DNA of 64,000 nt from Eledone cirrhosa (GCA_964016885.1 OZ024752.1:14632001-14696000); one strand, 5' to 3'. Shown: positions 13,556 through 26,482, counted from the first letter of the stretch. Notes: a model not told the origin generated them from the sequence alone. Numbers and translations: made by a program.

Positions 13556-13804
13556 ATACATACATATATATATTATATATATATATATATATACATACAC
13601 GCACACACACAATCACAAACACACATATATATATATATATATTTATTCAGGTTTGAGTTTCACCACTGTATAGAGCTGGTCTATTCCGTATGGTCAATCC
13701 AGGGCGACCGGCTGAGGTTGAAGGAACAGAATAGCGGTCGCCCTCGGGTCCTCAATTTTCAGCCCCATGGATTTTACCTATTACATTCACGTATTATATT
13801 TCGA

Positions 13805-13862
13805 ATACCCGATGATATCACCGGATTCATACGGAACCCGGTCATTGAAATGATCATAGTAT
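13805..13862 (+). ncRNA. Minimal hammerhead-like motif, CCGAUGA core
   Basis: AUAC-CCGAUGA-..ACCGG/CCGGU..-GAAA-UGAUCA-UA-GUAU. Confidence 0.65.
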
Positions 13863-13908
13863 AATAAACCTTTCAAGGATTTACACAAATCCAGCCTCCT
13901 GTCATTTC

Positions 13909-13940
<32 letters not shown>

Positions 13941-13943
<3 letters not shown>

Positions 13944-14135
13944 AAGGAAATGTGGTAAGGAACAGGTGGACCATAACGCACCAAAGTACTCAATACTTAT
14001 GGTATTAGAGTGGGTAATAGGAACGAGTCGGACCCCGACGGCTGAGCTCAAGCCGTTTCGACGGCTAATTCTGGCGTCCAGAATTACCTGTCGAAACAGC
14101 TTGAGCTCAGTCGTCGGGGTCCTACTCGTTCCTAT
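13941..14135 (-). mobile_element. Hairpin pLTR derivative (22089 family)
   Basis: Terminus GGAAATGTGGTAAGGAAC plus ~115-bp palindrome at 14018-14134; (TA)n both sides. Confidence 0.8.
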
Positions 14136-14422
14136 ATCTATATATATATATATATATATATATAAATGAAAGATATAGAAAGTACTGTAGCAAGAAGCAA
14201 ACAGTATTCCATAATATATAAGTGACTATAACGTCAAAATGGGAAAATAGTTAACTTAAGATGTACGAAAAATAATTCAATATATGTGTGTGTGTTTGTG
14301 TGTGTATCTTATTCATTGTGTTTCCTATTCAAGGAACACAATTTCTTTGAAACATTCATGTGTACATCCGTGCATTTCTTTCCCGTTTCGCTCATTCTGC
14401 ATCGATATATATATATATATAT

Positions 14423-14604
14423 GGGAAAATGTTTAACCCCAACGGCAGAGCTCAAGCCGTTTCTGGAGTCCAGAAATAGCCGACGAAACGGCTTGATCTC
14501 TGTCGTCTGGGTTGTTAAACATTTTCCTATTACCCACTCTGCTACTCTAAATATTCAGTACACTGGTGCGTTATAATCCATCTAGTTCCTTACTACACTT
14601 CCTT

Positions 14605-14605
<1 letters not shown>
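14423..14605 (+). mobile_element. Hairpin pLTR derivative (22089 family)
   Basis: Inverted GGCAGAGCTCAAGCCGTTTC / GAAACGGCTTGATCTCTGTC then family terminus; (TA)n both sides. Confidence 0.8.
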
Positions 14606-14648
<43 letters not shown>

Positions 14649-15664
14649 TATATATATGTATGTATATGTGTGTCTGTATTTGTGTGTATGTCTGTGTTTA
14701 TTTGTATTTGTGTGTGTGAATGAGTGAGTGTCTATGTGTGTGTACATATATATATATATAAAAATATACATCCTGTACATGAACACGCCTACATATTTAC
14801 ATACACGCATACATATTTACATACATACATACATACAACCTTAAATAAATGCAAACATTATCATTCATACTAACATGCAGCTATAATTTCGGACATTGTA
14901 AATATAGATCTGTATTGATTTTAGAACTGAATCTGTGTCGTCTCGGCAGATCATGGTTCTCTGATATCAGAACAGATATTCCATAGTATATTTTGCTTAA
15001 ATTTCCCCTGGGAAATGCCTAAACGTAAATACAATAATGTCTGTTGCATAAAACATATCACTCAACTTATAGATTTATATGTCACGTATCAGATATATGA
15101 TGTGTTTGTCAATTTTTCTAACGAATATATATCTTCTGATATTTGTTAATAACAATATATACTATTAAATATCATGCCACTCATATTATAAATACCAGAT
15201 TCCACTGAGCGATTAATAGTTTTTTTTCTTTAATAAAAAAAAATATACATTTACACATTGTTTTTTTAAAGATTCAGATAATATTATTTTATGCCATTGC
15301 AAATATTTTCGGAATGAAACTTTTTTGCCGAAAGAAAAATAGAGATCAATTTGTGCAATGATTATTTGTTTTAAACCTTCATTGCTGTATGGTTTCTCCA
15401 AAGAATTTGTTAAAAAAATCACTTTCTCTCTTCTCTTCTTTGTATCATTTATATAGAGCTATATTTTATATTTTTTTTATAGCTGTTGGAATGGTATCAC
15501 ACTCATATCATTAGTCATTGATAAACATGGTTTGGCGCTGTTTGTCAAACTATCTGAGATTATATTTATTTTTCATTAAAATCCAGTTTCATTTCCAGCG
15601 GTTCATTTGGAGAAGCGTATATCAATACGAAGAGTAACACTTCCCATTTCACAAATCATGGCAT

Positions 15665-15761
<97 letters not shown>

Positions 15762-15855
15762 GGCTTGAGAGATCACAACCACTATTTTCATTTCTGTCTG
15801 GCCGGCATATCTCGAAGATTGCCTTTCGTTTTGTTTTGGCCACCACCGAAATACA

Positions 15856-16816
15856 ATATCGCTGAAATTATATTTGTATATATATATATATATATATATC
15901 AACTAGAAATTGATTGACATGTATAAAGATCTAAAATAAACACATGAAACAATCACAGGGGATAATTTGTAAAGTGTGTAAGCACACACAGCTAGGTAGG
16001 TAACTAATTAATGTTTAACTAGAACTTCAAATATAGATACCTTTTAAAATGATTAATTTTCCTTGTATATATTTCATTAGAGAAAAATATTTCATCATTT
16101 ATCGGTAAATCACAGTAGTCAAATCACGGATTTTCAACAAGGGAGAAGATTTAACTATCTGTGTTTACACAGCAAATGCAATTCTGCAAATGATCCGTAA
16201 CACGTGTTTCATCTTTTTAGAAATACACGCATTGTACCAGCGGACATGACACCCTTAATTCAATTTTGTATATATATATTAGTTATTAAAATTAACAATG
16301 GAAATAAAACCAACAGAGTCAAGTTACTTTACCTATTCATAACATTGTTTTACGATCTTTTCGGAGGGTCGAACATATTGACATATTGTCTGATCTATAG
16401 CAGTTATATAACTGTATGCTATCAGACCTCATATATGGGTTCTATCCGGCCATATCTTACGTGAGATTTATTGTTTATGTCAAGCTTTAACGTGTTAGAT
16501 AATCGCAGATAACAAACATATATATATTGTATAGCCTGACCCGAGTGACAAATATACTTACAATAATATGCAATATTATACCTGAGACTTACAATAATAT
16601 GCAATACCCTACCTGAGATTTACAACAGTATACAATATTATACCTGAGATTTACAATATTATACAATATTATCCCTGAGATTTACAATACTATGAAATAT
16701 TATACCTGAGATTTACAATAGAATACAGTATTGTACCTGAGATTTACAATAATATTATCCCCTGTGATTGTTTCATGTTTATTTTAGATATATATACATG
16801 TCAATCAATTTCTAGT

Positions 16817-16875
<59 letters not shown>

Positions 16876-16894
16876 AATATAATTTCAGCGATAT
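15856..16894. repeat. Inverted repeat pair 15856-15966 / 16754-16894
   Basis: ATATCGCTGAAATTATATTTG(TA)nCAACTAGAAATTG...CACAGGGGATAAT and its reverse complement. Confidence 0.85.
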
Positions 16895-16965
16895 ACTATT
16901 GTAAATCTCAGTATACAATACCATAACTGAGATTTACAATACTATGCAATATTATACCTGAGATT
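16556..16965 (+). repeat. 31-bp minisatellite (about 6.5 copies + 2 displaced copies)
   Basis: Unit ACAATAATATGCAATATTATACCTGAGATTT. Confidence 0.9.
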
Positions 16966-17149
16966 TCTATTCTAAAAGCTTGTTGCATTTTTTTACTTCT
17001 TCTTTTATCAAACATGCAAATATGTTGCAGTTTGACACGATAGGCTATGCATTGTTAGTTGTACATTCTCTGGTAATACTTTGTCTCCATATTCCGGTTT
17101 TATGGAATACGATGGATCATGTCTCAAGGCTAATACATTTTTATTTTAC

Positions 17150-17328
17150 CTGTATTATATCTGTATTTTTGACCGTTGGTTAGTCAATGATAAACATTGA
17201 GGACCAAATGAATTAACTGTGGATATATAAATGATACAGAAGCGAAGACCAACCAAACAGTGAGTGTGTTCTCTTTTTATTTCTGGCAATATTATTACAA
17301 CAATATGACCCTCCACAATTATAACAAT
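17150..17328 (+). mobile_element. pLTR terminal fragment of the 42228 PLE family
   Basis: Matches 42750-42931, ends ATGACCCTCCACAATTATAACAA. Confidence 0.75.
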
Positions 17329-17522
17329 ATTTGTTTTGACACACGATTTCATATCAAGAACCTTGCAAAACAGATATGTATGTATATATATATATATGAA
17401 CAGAGTTCAAGACTCATATTAATCCCCTATAATTTAATGAGCTCAAGTATTACATACCGCGCTCTTTATAACATGGTATATAGAGGAGAATACAGAAGGA
17501 CGCATGTGTTCAATTATAGGGG

Positions 17523-18327
17523 ACTAGCATTAAAGCCCGGCGTTGCTCGGGGTCAGTAAGTTACCAAAGTCAGGTTGCACCGCCTATTTTATGGCAGCAA
17601 CTTTTTGTCTGCCAGCACGGGGTGAATGAATTGCAGACCTGGACCGCCGAAGCAGGAGCTGCGTCAGCAGTGACAATTGTAGTTTCGCCTATGGATATTA
17701 TCTCTGTACAAAGAAGAGTTGAAATTTATTGTTTCACAGTACTTGCGCAACACGCGCGTAGACGATTCCAGCCGAACAACAGAGTTGCGATGGAGTTGTT
17801 CTGCATGCTTATCTAGTGTGTGTTTTCTAAATTTAAGACAGTAGGGAGGGGTGTGATATGGGGGAGAGTTAGCTGCTGTTTCTAGCAGGTTTAGTGACCT
17901 CATAGAGGATGTGTGTTTTCTAAATTTAAGACAGTAGGGAGTGGTGTGATATGGGGGAGAGTTAGCTGTTGTTTCTAGCAGGTTTAGTGACCTCATAGAG
18001 GATATGTTTCAGGTTTAGTGACCTCATAGAGGATATGCTTTCTAAATTTAAGACAGTAGGGAGGGGTGTGATATGGGGGAGGGTTAGCTGCTGTTTCTAG
18101 CAGGTTTAGTGACCTCATAGAGGATATTATTGTGTATAGTAAATAAACTGATACTTCTTTCTTCCGCGTTCGTTGAGAGGTTTTAAAAAAGATTTATCGC
18201 TATTATTTTTGTTGTTGAATAAATTTATCTGTTGCTGTTGAATAAGTGTTGTTTCGTATGAAATGTAATACATTCTCTTTATCATTGAAGTAAATAAATG
18301 TTTGACCGTTCCACACTCAAAAACAAA

Positions 18328-18379
<52 letters not shown>

Positions 18380-18680
18380 AGCGTTGCTAAAGGAAGTTTC
18401 TAAGCATGTATGTAGTTTTATCGAATTTGAAGGGGAGTAGAGAGAGGTAATCAGATGGTACTATTGGGGGGGGGCGGGTAAATCGTTATGTATTTAGTTT
18501 TATCGATTATTTCCGTAATTGTAGGTGAGTTTGAATGAAATAAATAGTTGTTGACCTAAGTTAGACGATTTACAAAATTCTTATAGACTTTGAGTCGAAT
18601 CGGCTTGAAATTGTGCAAATGTATAAACATGGAACATGTACTCACACACAACAACAACAACTGCCTTTTATAGATATTGA
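17523..18680 (+). mobile_element. HINE/DINE-1-like element with internal 93-bp tandem array (17818-18125)
   Basis: ACTAGC...CCCGGCGTTGCTCGGG start; central tandem repeats; 3' GAATCGG...(CAA)n CTGCCTTTTATAGATATTGAT end. Confidence 0.6.
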
Positions 18681-19050
18681 TAAAATACCACCAGAGTGAA
18701 GATCATGATATCTACAAACAGAATAAAACATAGCTGAAAATTAAAAGGATAAATTATGATGTACAGACCATTATTTTATAAATATATCTCCTGGACACGC
18801 AATAAGCATGTTTCGCCACATATAAAGTGTAGAAACAAACAGGAGGAACAACAGTATGATCGAAACTTCTAATAATATATCAGACAACTAGTAAGAGAAC
18901 ATGGTGTAAAGAGAAATCACGCTCGCTATACAGCACATGGTGGTCTGAATGGACCAAAGGACAGCGATAACTAGCAGCAAAGAACCATTCGGCTTAATAA
19001 ACTCAACTTACGCATATATGAACATATATATATACACACATATATATATA

Positions 19051-19113
<63 letters not shown>

Positions 19114-19283
19114 CTACATATATATATATACATACATATATATATATATATATATACATACATAAATATGATGGCTGCCCCCTCGTTATCGAGTATCGAC
19201 ATTGCACGAGGACCCCCCCCCCAAAAAAAGCCATAATAATAACAATAATAATATCAACAATAATAACAATAATAATAACGATA

Positions 19284-20120
19284 ATAGTACCTTCTTTTAG
19301 AAAACAGAATTTAGAGATCCACAGACATGGAACTGGTTGAAAAGAGGAGACCTTAAAAAGGCTACAGAAGGAATGTTAATGGCTGCGCAGGAGAAGGCCC
19401 TCAAAACGAAGTGGTTGAAACACCATATTTACAAGGAGGAGGCTAGCCCACTGTGCAGGATCTGTGGAGAGAGAGAGGAAACTGTGGCTCACATTGTATC
19501 CGAGTGTAAACACCTAGCCCTGACTCACTATAAGGGCTGGAGACATGATGTGATGGGCAGGGTGATCCACTGGCACCTATGCAAAGTAAACAATTTACCA
19601 CATTCTGAGAAGTGGTATGAGCATAAGCCAGAGTCGGTGATAGAAAACGATCAGGTGAAGGTGTTGTGGGATTTCAGGATACAGACGAACAAGAAACTGG
19701 AACACAATAGACCTGACCTGGTGGTTGTGGACAAAGAAAAAAGATCGTGCCTGATTGTGGATGTGGCCTGCCCATTCGACACGAGAGTGCAAGAGAAGGA
19801 GAGGGAGAAAATTAACCGATACCAGGACTTAAAGTGGGAGGTAAAAAGGATTTGGAACTGCCATGAAGTCAAAGTGATCCCGATTGTCATAGGCGCACTA
19901 GGGACTATCTCAAAAGGTTTCCAGGGATGGTTAAAGAAAATTGGCCCCTTCACGCTTTTTGGAACGCTTCAAAAGGCATGCTTGCTGGGAACTGCAAGAA
20001 CCCTCCGATACGTTCTGAATATCTGAAGCTGCAGGTAGTGGCTTGATATTCATTTCAACAAACTTTCCAGTTAACTAACATCAATGACTGAGACTCAAAG
20101 AATAACAATAATAATAACGA
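19284..20120 (+). mobile_element. R4/Dong-like LINE, second 5'-truncated copy; RLE ORF 19337-20026 uninterrupted
   Basis: Homologous to 3000-3830; CRICGEREETVAHIVSEC, RPDLVV, IVDVACP, PIVIGALG; (TAA)n flanks. Confidence 0.92.
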
Positions 20121-20127
20121 TATTAAT

Positions 20128-21125
20128 GATTTCTTTATTGGCCAAAAGGGTTGACATCAAGAAAAACATTACAGACGGCACAAGACGGTACAGGACGGTA
20201 CGATGTGCCTTTTCTGTGTGTAAACATTTTTATTATTTAGAAGAAAGGACATAGAAACACATATATATATATAAACAATAAAAATGAAAATTGAAACAAT
20301 GAACAATTCCCCAATAGGGGGGAAACCTCCGAGGGTTACTCGTGGCGAAAACCACACAAAAGACCACGGCCACCCTGACCACCAGGGCAAGTGCCCTCTC
20401 TCAATTTTTCCATTTCTCAAACTACAGACGTATATTCAGAACGGTCCCGTTCACTCGGACCATTCTCGCTACATTCACCCACCTTTCAACAAACTTGCTA
20501 GGAGGCAGCACTTGCCTCTCCACCCTGATTTTCCCCTTCAAGTGAAACTTGAAAAAGTTAATTAGGGATTCGCCGAAGAGGAAAGTGTCTGTCTTTAACC
20601 CTTCTTTCAACCTTGTCCACCACAAAATCTCTTTCGCCATGGCCACCAGGCAGATGAAAACCGCCTGCCCTTCCTCCTCGAAGGAAGACGGCGAGACCAT
20701 GTGCACAATGGACTCAGTCGATAACCAGATCAATCCTACACGCGACAGCAACTGTTCGATATAGCTCCACAAGTCAGCAATGCTCGGGCACTGAACGAGT
20801 GCGTGCACGACGGTTTCGTCGCTCTGCGCGCATCTCGGACAGGCTAGACTGGCGGCATTTCCGTGCCTGTAGAGCTTATCTCGAACCGGCAGCGCTCCCC
20901 AGTAGCACTCCCAGGCCAGGGATTTTGGGAAGTTATCTATAGGCCCTGGGCTGAAAGTTCTCCGGAAGAGAGCAAACGGCTAATCTCCTTCGACGCCCAG
21001 GATCTCTCCGAGAACGTCATCCCTCATCCCCTCCACTAGTCCTCTATAGAACGCCGAGGTGGATGTTCCACCGATACTGGTGCCCAGCTGGCAGAGGGCA
21101 GTGAGCGCCTGGAGACATTCCATTT
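20128..21125 (-). mobile_element. 3' end of Tx1/L1-clade LINE (zf-RVT region + 3'UTR)
   Basis: KSLAWECYWGALPVRDKL...CPRCAQSDETVVHALVQC...; AATAAA then (TTA)n tail. Confidence 0.8.
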
Positions 21126-21159
21126 TCTAAGCGCTATCCTCGGTCTTTTTCTGATAGAT

Positions 21160-22277
21160 CTACGTGCCCCTTCAACAACAAATGCCGAGAACGTAACGTG
21201 ATCTACCAGTGCAACGTGAGGACGGACACTGACAACAAAGCTTATATAGGATTAACCGCGTGTGACTTCAAGACACGGCTCTACCAACACCGACATACTT
21301 TCCATAACCCTGTCCGGAGACATGCCACTACACTTTCGGGCCACATCTGGGACCTCCAAGATAATAATATAACCTACAATCTCACTTGGAGCTTACTGTC
21401 CAGAGATAACGCTTACACGGGAGGACCCCGTCCGTGTAACTTATGCTCGGAGGAAACATTACAACTGCTGTTTTCGAAGGACCATCTCCTAAACAAGAAA
21501 GACGAACTTCCTACCGCCCTCTATTTCCTTCCTCGTCTGCTTTTCCCATTTCGCACCCAGATGCAGCCCATCAGTTCCCCCACCCCTGTAATGTTAAGAT
21601 ATAATTGGCCGAATACGTTTTACTAACTACTTATAGCAGACGTATTAAACCCCTTTAATTTTGTATCAGTTCTGGTACTACTCAATTTATACAAGTCTTT
21701 TCCATTCTCAAGTTATTAACATGTAATTGTAAGATTGCATTGTGACTTTTTTTATTCATTTCACATATATTTTGTTTATTCATTTCTCACTATATATTTT
21801 TTTATTTTTTAAATATCTTTTTTTCTATTATCTTTTATTTTCTCCTACTCTGATTCGATTGACCTATTCTATAACCTCCCTCCCCCAATTCATATACGAT
21901 CCTTAGAATCTGCTGTAGCATATCACTTTCAACGCTCAACCGCTCCACTCACACCTCTATTGTTCTACAGGCAAGTTCAGCACCCCTACCTCCCACCAAT
22001 GGCCATGATAGACTTATTTTTTTATTTGTGTTTACAACATATTTTAACTAATCCTCTTGACAACTACAATCTTCCCATATAAGGAAGTATCCCTTGACAA
22101 GATAGGCTATTTATTCACCAGGCTAAAAATTCTAATTTAGTCCAGAAATAGCCGTCGAAACGGCTTGAGCTCTGCCGTCGGGGTCATACTTTTTCCTATT
22201 TCCAACTCTACTACCCTAAGTATTGAGTAATCTGGTGCGTTATGGTCCATCTGGTTCCTTACCACAATTCCTTTGTT
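21160..22277 (+). mobile_element. Penelope-like element 3' part: GIY-YIG + 3'UTR/pLTR
   Basis: CPFNNKCRERNVIYQC...YIGLTACDFKTRLYQH...CNLCSEE...LLNKKDEL; HHR at 22089; ends in (TA)n. Confidence 0.88.
22089..22184 (+). ncRNA. Type I hammerhead, U3-A8 variant with long stem II
   Basis: AUCCC-UUGACAA-GAUAGGCUAUUU...AAAUAGCCGUC-GAA-ACGGC/GCCGU-C-GGGGU; GUC at 22179. Confidence 0.7.
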
Positions 22278-22305
22278 ATATATATATTTATATATATATA
22301 CATAC

Positions 22306-22370
<65 letters not shown>

Positions 22371-22474
22371 CATATGTGTATATATATATATATATAAAAC
22401 AAAGGAATTGTGGTAAGGAACCAGATGGAGCATAACGCACCAGATATATGTATATGATGTATATATATATATAT

Positions 22475-22515
<41 letters not shown>

Positions 22516-22619
22516 TACATATATATATATATAGTATTAGTTATACTATTTATGGTTATGTAAATACAAAACCTTATGCAGTTATACGTATTATTTTACA
22601 CACACCCTAAATAGTGGTA

Positions 22620-24465
22620 GGCAGTAATGTATTACTACCTTATTACCAGTAAGTTAAGTAGCTCAATGTAAAAACATCACATGATTTACAGAGCAGTTAT
22701 ATGAAATATAAGAATCAAAGAACTGTTCAAAACATTATTGTGCTTACAGCTGTTTCCTCCAAACCGAGGTTTGGATTCTTCGGAGCAATTTATTAATGCA
22801 TGGACAGTTATATGACCGCCTTTTCAGCCGAGAGACATACCGATACATATTCAAACATTGATACATATTCAAACATTGTGGGTCAACATTCATTACAGAA
22901 TTTAGAGTGGCAGTACACACTTCGAGATTACATTTATATTAAGAGGTACAATCCAAAATCAAAAATACAGGTTAAAATACAACATGAAGATAAGCGGTTA
23001 TATAGTGCAAATGTTATATGTGTGGCACGCATGTGCGTCTTGTTTATATAGTGTGGCAGAGAGATATGTGTGGTAGAGGCACTTAGATAGGTAAATAAGA
23101 GTGTTAGGTTGGTAGATCTGGTGGCATATTCTTTATATGATTGAAGTCTGTGTGTGGAGAAATATTATAAGCATTAAAAATAGTGCAAGCATTAAAAGTG
23201 TTAAAAGTATTGGAGATGCACAGCGAAGGGATGTCAAGTATTTCATGTACTTCGGCAATTTCATGGTCAGGGGAGTGTATTTACATAATCCACGACAATC
23301 CAGTTAGAGATCGTAGTATGGTGTTCTTTAGTTCAATACAGGAGGCTGTTACGTTTCGAGAAATGCCATTGAATACCACCCGGAATTGTGTGTGTAGCTA
23401 AGGGGAGTTAATGCATGCGGGGAGGTAACTCTGGGGTTTCTATACCTTGCTATTAAAATGTGTCCCAATATAGACCCTAATTTCTATGGTGATGCGCATC
23501 CTCCAAGAGAAATTTTTAAAGCATAAAGTGTATTAACTATAGAGTAGTTTAATTAAGTTATGCTGAAGGTGATCATATTATTATGGTGGATTAACCCATC
23601 GTAAGGTGCCACAAATGGAAATTCTAGAAGATGAGCGAGGATTCTAAATTAATGATCTCTGTGGTTGTAGTCTACTCATAGGACCAGGCGCGGTGATTGT
23701 AGGATTGCTTCAGGACCCAATGATCTCTGGTAAGATCTGGGTCATCGCTTCCTACATTGGATGTCGAAAGATAATCATCCCCAGGCCGGCCAGAGGTCGA
23801 TCCGCAGTCCTCGCGACCCCTCTCTGACCGTCAGATCATCCATATATGTACAACCCGCACGGCAGTTGCAATGCATTCACTCACTGCGCTCAGCAGCCCG
23901 GTCCTACTGCTCAACAGCGTTACTAGATTAAATCATTTTTCATCTGTCTATGGAAGGTGTTTCCTCTGCACAGCACTATCCAACCGATCAATTCATGCTC
24001 AAATTACCTTTAGAGCGGTGTAGTGCCGTTCAAGTGGGTGGATGTTGTCACACCTGACGTAGAGGTATAAATGGGTATTCTCCCTGCGAAGGGTTCCAGA
24101 GGGATGTCGTTGTTTGTGTTATAATAGATCAGTTAGTGTTGGGTATGTAGTATATGGTGTGTCTCTGGTGTTTGATGCTAGATGTGGTGTTAGGTTCCAG
24201 TCCGACATTGCTATATATTGGGCTTAAAGTTTTAAATATAAATGTAACCTCGAAGTGTGTACTGCCACTCTAAATTCTGTAATGAATGTTGACCCACAAT
24301 GTTTGAATATGTATCAATGTTTGAATATGTATCGGTATGTCTCTCGGCTGAAAAGGAGGTCATATAACTGTCCATGCATTAATAAATTGCTCCGAAGAAT
24401 CCAAACCTCGGTTTGGAGGAAACAGCTGTAAGCACAATAATGTTTTGAACAGTTCTTTGATTCTT

Positions 24466-24475
<10 letters not shown>
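22620..24475. mobile_element. Fold-back element: ~240-bp inverted arms (22701-22940 / 24235-24474), each with an HHR
   Basis: Arms near-identical reverse complements; HHR at 22741-22787 (-) and 24388-24434 (+). Confidence 0.85.
24388..24434 (+). ncRNA. Minimal hammerhead-like motif, CCGAAGA core (mirror copy 22741-22787, minus)
   Basis: UGCU-CCGAAGA-A-UCCAAACC/GGUUUGGA-G-GAAA-CAGCUG-UA-AGCA. Confidence 0.7.
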
Positions 24476-24549
<74 letters not shown>

Positions 24550-24594
24550 TACACACATATATATACATACATACATATGTATATATATATATAT

Positions 24595-24809
24595 AACAAA
24601 GGAATTGTGGTAAGGAACCAGATGGACCATAACGCAACCAGAGTACTCAATACTTAGGGTAGTAGAGTGGGGAATAGGAGACAATATGACCCCGACAGCA
24701 GAGCTCAAACCGTTTCGACGGCTATTTCTGGACTATTTAAAAATTCTAATTTAGTCCAGAAAAAGCCGTCGAAACGGCTTGAGCTCTGCCGGCGGGGGTC
24801 ATACTTTTT

Positions 24810-24813
<4 letters not shown>
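24595..24813 (-). mobile_element. Hairpin pLTR derivative (22089 family)
   Basis: Reverse complement of 22140-22277 followed by fold-back; a further terminal fragment lies at 22396-22445. Confidence 0.85.
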
Positions 24814-24891
<78 letters not shown>

Positions 24892-25028
24892 GTCCATAGA
24901 ATCATTTGATAAGATATATATACACAATCTCCTCTCACAATTAGCATAATTAACCATACAAAATATATATATATTTTTATACTTTGGGATGGTCATGTTG
25001 CCAGTAAGAAACACACGCACGAAAGTGT

Positions 25029-25097
<69 letters not shown>

Positions 25098-25170
25098 GTA
25101 TGTATGTATATATATATATATATAGTAATAGTAATAATAATATTAATATATATATATATATATATATATA

Positions 25171-25212
<42 letters not shown>

Positions 25213-25220
25213 TATGTATG

Positions 25221-25252
<32 letters not shown>

Positions 25253-25373
25253 GTAATAGTAATAATAATAATAATAATATATATATATATATACTTATAT
25301 ATATATATATATATATACATATGTATGTATATATATATATATATATATAGTAATAGTAATAATAATAATAATT

Positions 25374-25608
<235 letters not shown>

Positions 25609-25611
25609 TTA

Positions 25612-25647
<36 letters not shown>

Positions 25648-25853
25648 CTTATATACATATATATATATATATATATACTGATATACATATATATATACAT
25701 ATATATACTTATATGCACATATATATGTATAGTCGTAGCTATGGTGCTTCCATAGGCGGTATGCCAAAATCAGCACTCGAAATTCAGCAGAGTAGAGTAT
25801 AGATATTAAAAAGAAAACGAAAAATCTGTGATGCATCTGGACTTAGTTTATTT

Positions 25854-25944
25854 CGTGTTACAAATGTTTCGCCGGCATGTATCTCGAGTCATGGTCCTTG
25901 TATGGATCTGGCTGATTCTAGTTCTGCGGGTTCTTTCAGACACG
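25854..25944 (-). ncRNA. Hammerhead-like motif with long stem II region
   Basis: CGUGU-CUGAAAGA-(~60 nt)-GAAA-CAUUUG-UA-ACACG; GAGTGCT downstream at 25772-25778. Confidence 0.55.
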
Positions 25945-26482
25945 GGTGTTACGTCCGGAGAAAATGTTATCACTGGGGTGTTATCATCAAAAAACACCCT
26001 CAAAAAACCCTATTTCCACTCTTGTCATGCCATTGGCTGTTTTTACTCCAAGTCATCACAAGGTCTGGTCAGTATCTGTTGCCACACGGTTCATCAACCA
26101 TTTTCCGTCCGATACATTTCAATGGAGTCATGCTGGGTTCAGTACTTGACACGCCTGCTCACACTTCAGGGTAAGCACCCGCACATACTAAAATACATAC
26201 ATAAAAACACACACACATGCAGACACATACCCATTTATGCATACACACACGTACGCCTACATGCGCAGACACACCCACCCCACATACATACATCGAAATA
26301 TATATACTCACACACCGTCTCTCCCTCACCTACACGGACCCATTCACACCCACTTGTTGATACATACCGCCACCACCCTTCTGACGGTTGTTTACTTCGC
26401 GCTCTGTATCAATTGGGATAAGCGTATCCTACTCAAACATACACATATATACATACAGACATACATCCACATAGATACATAT

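Noticed and set aside
15805-15865. Weak hammerhead-like words (TCGAAGA...GAAA), also near 18790
   Set aside because: Stems I and III do not pair; not counted
16556-16755. 31-bp repeats (and the 39-bp and 93-bp arrays) as CRISPR
   Set aside because: Contiguous units without unique spacers, no cas genes, eukaryotic context
23690-23760. SECIS-like hairpin on minus strand (AUGA...UGA)
   Set aside because: GA/GA quartet is out of register and apical AA is missing; reads as an ordinary stem
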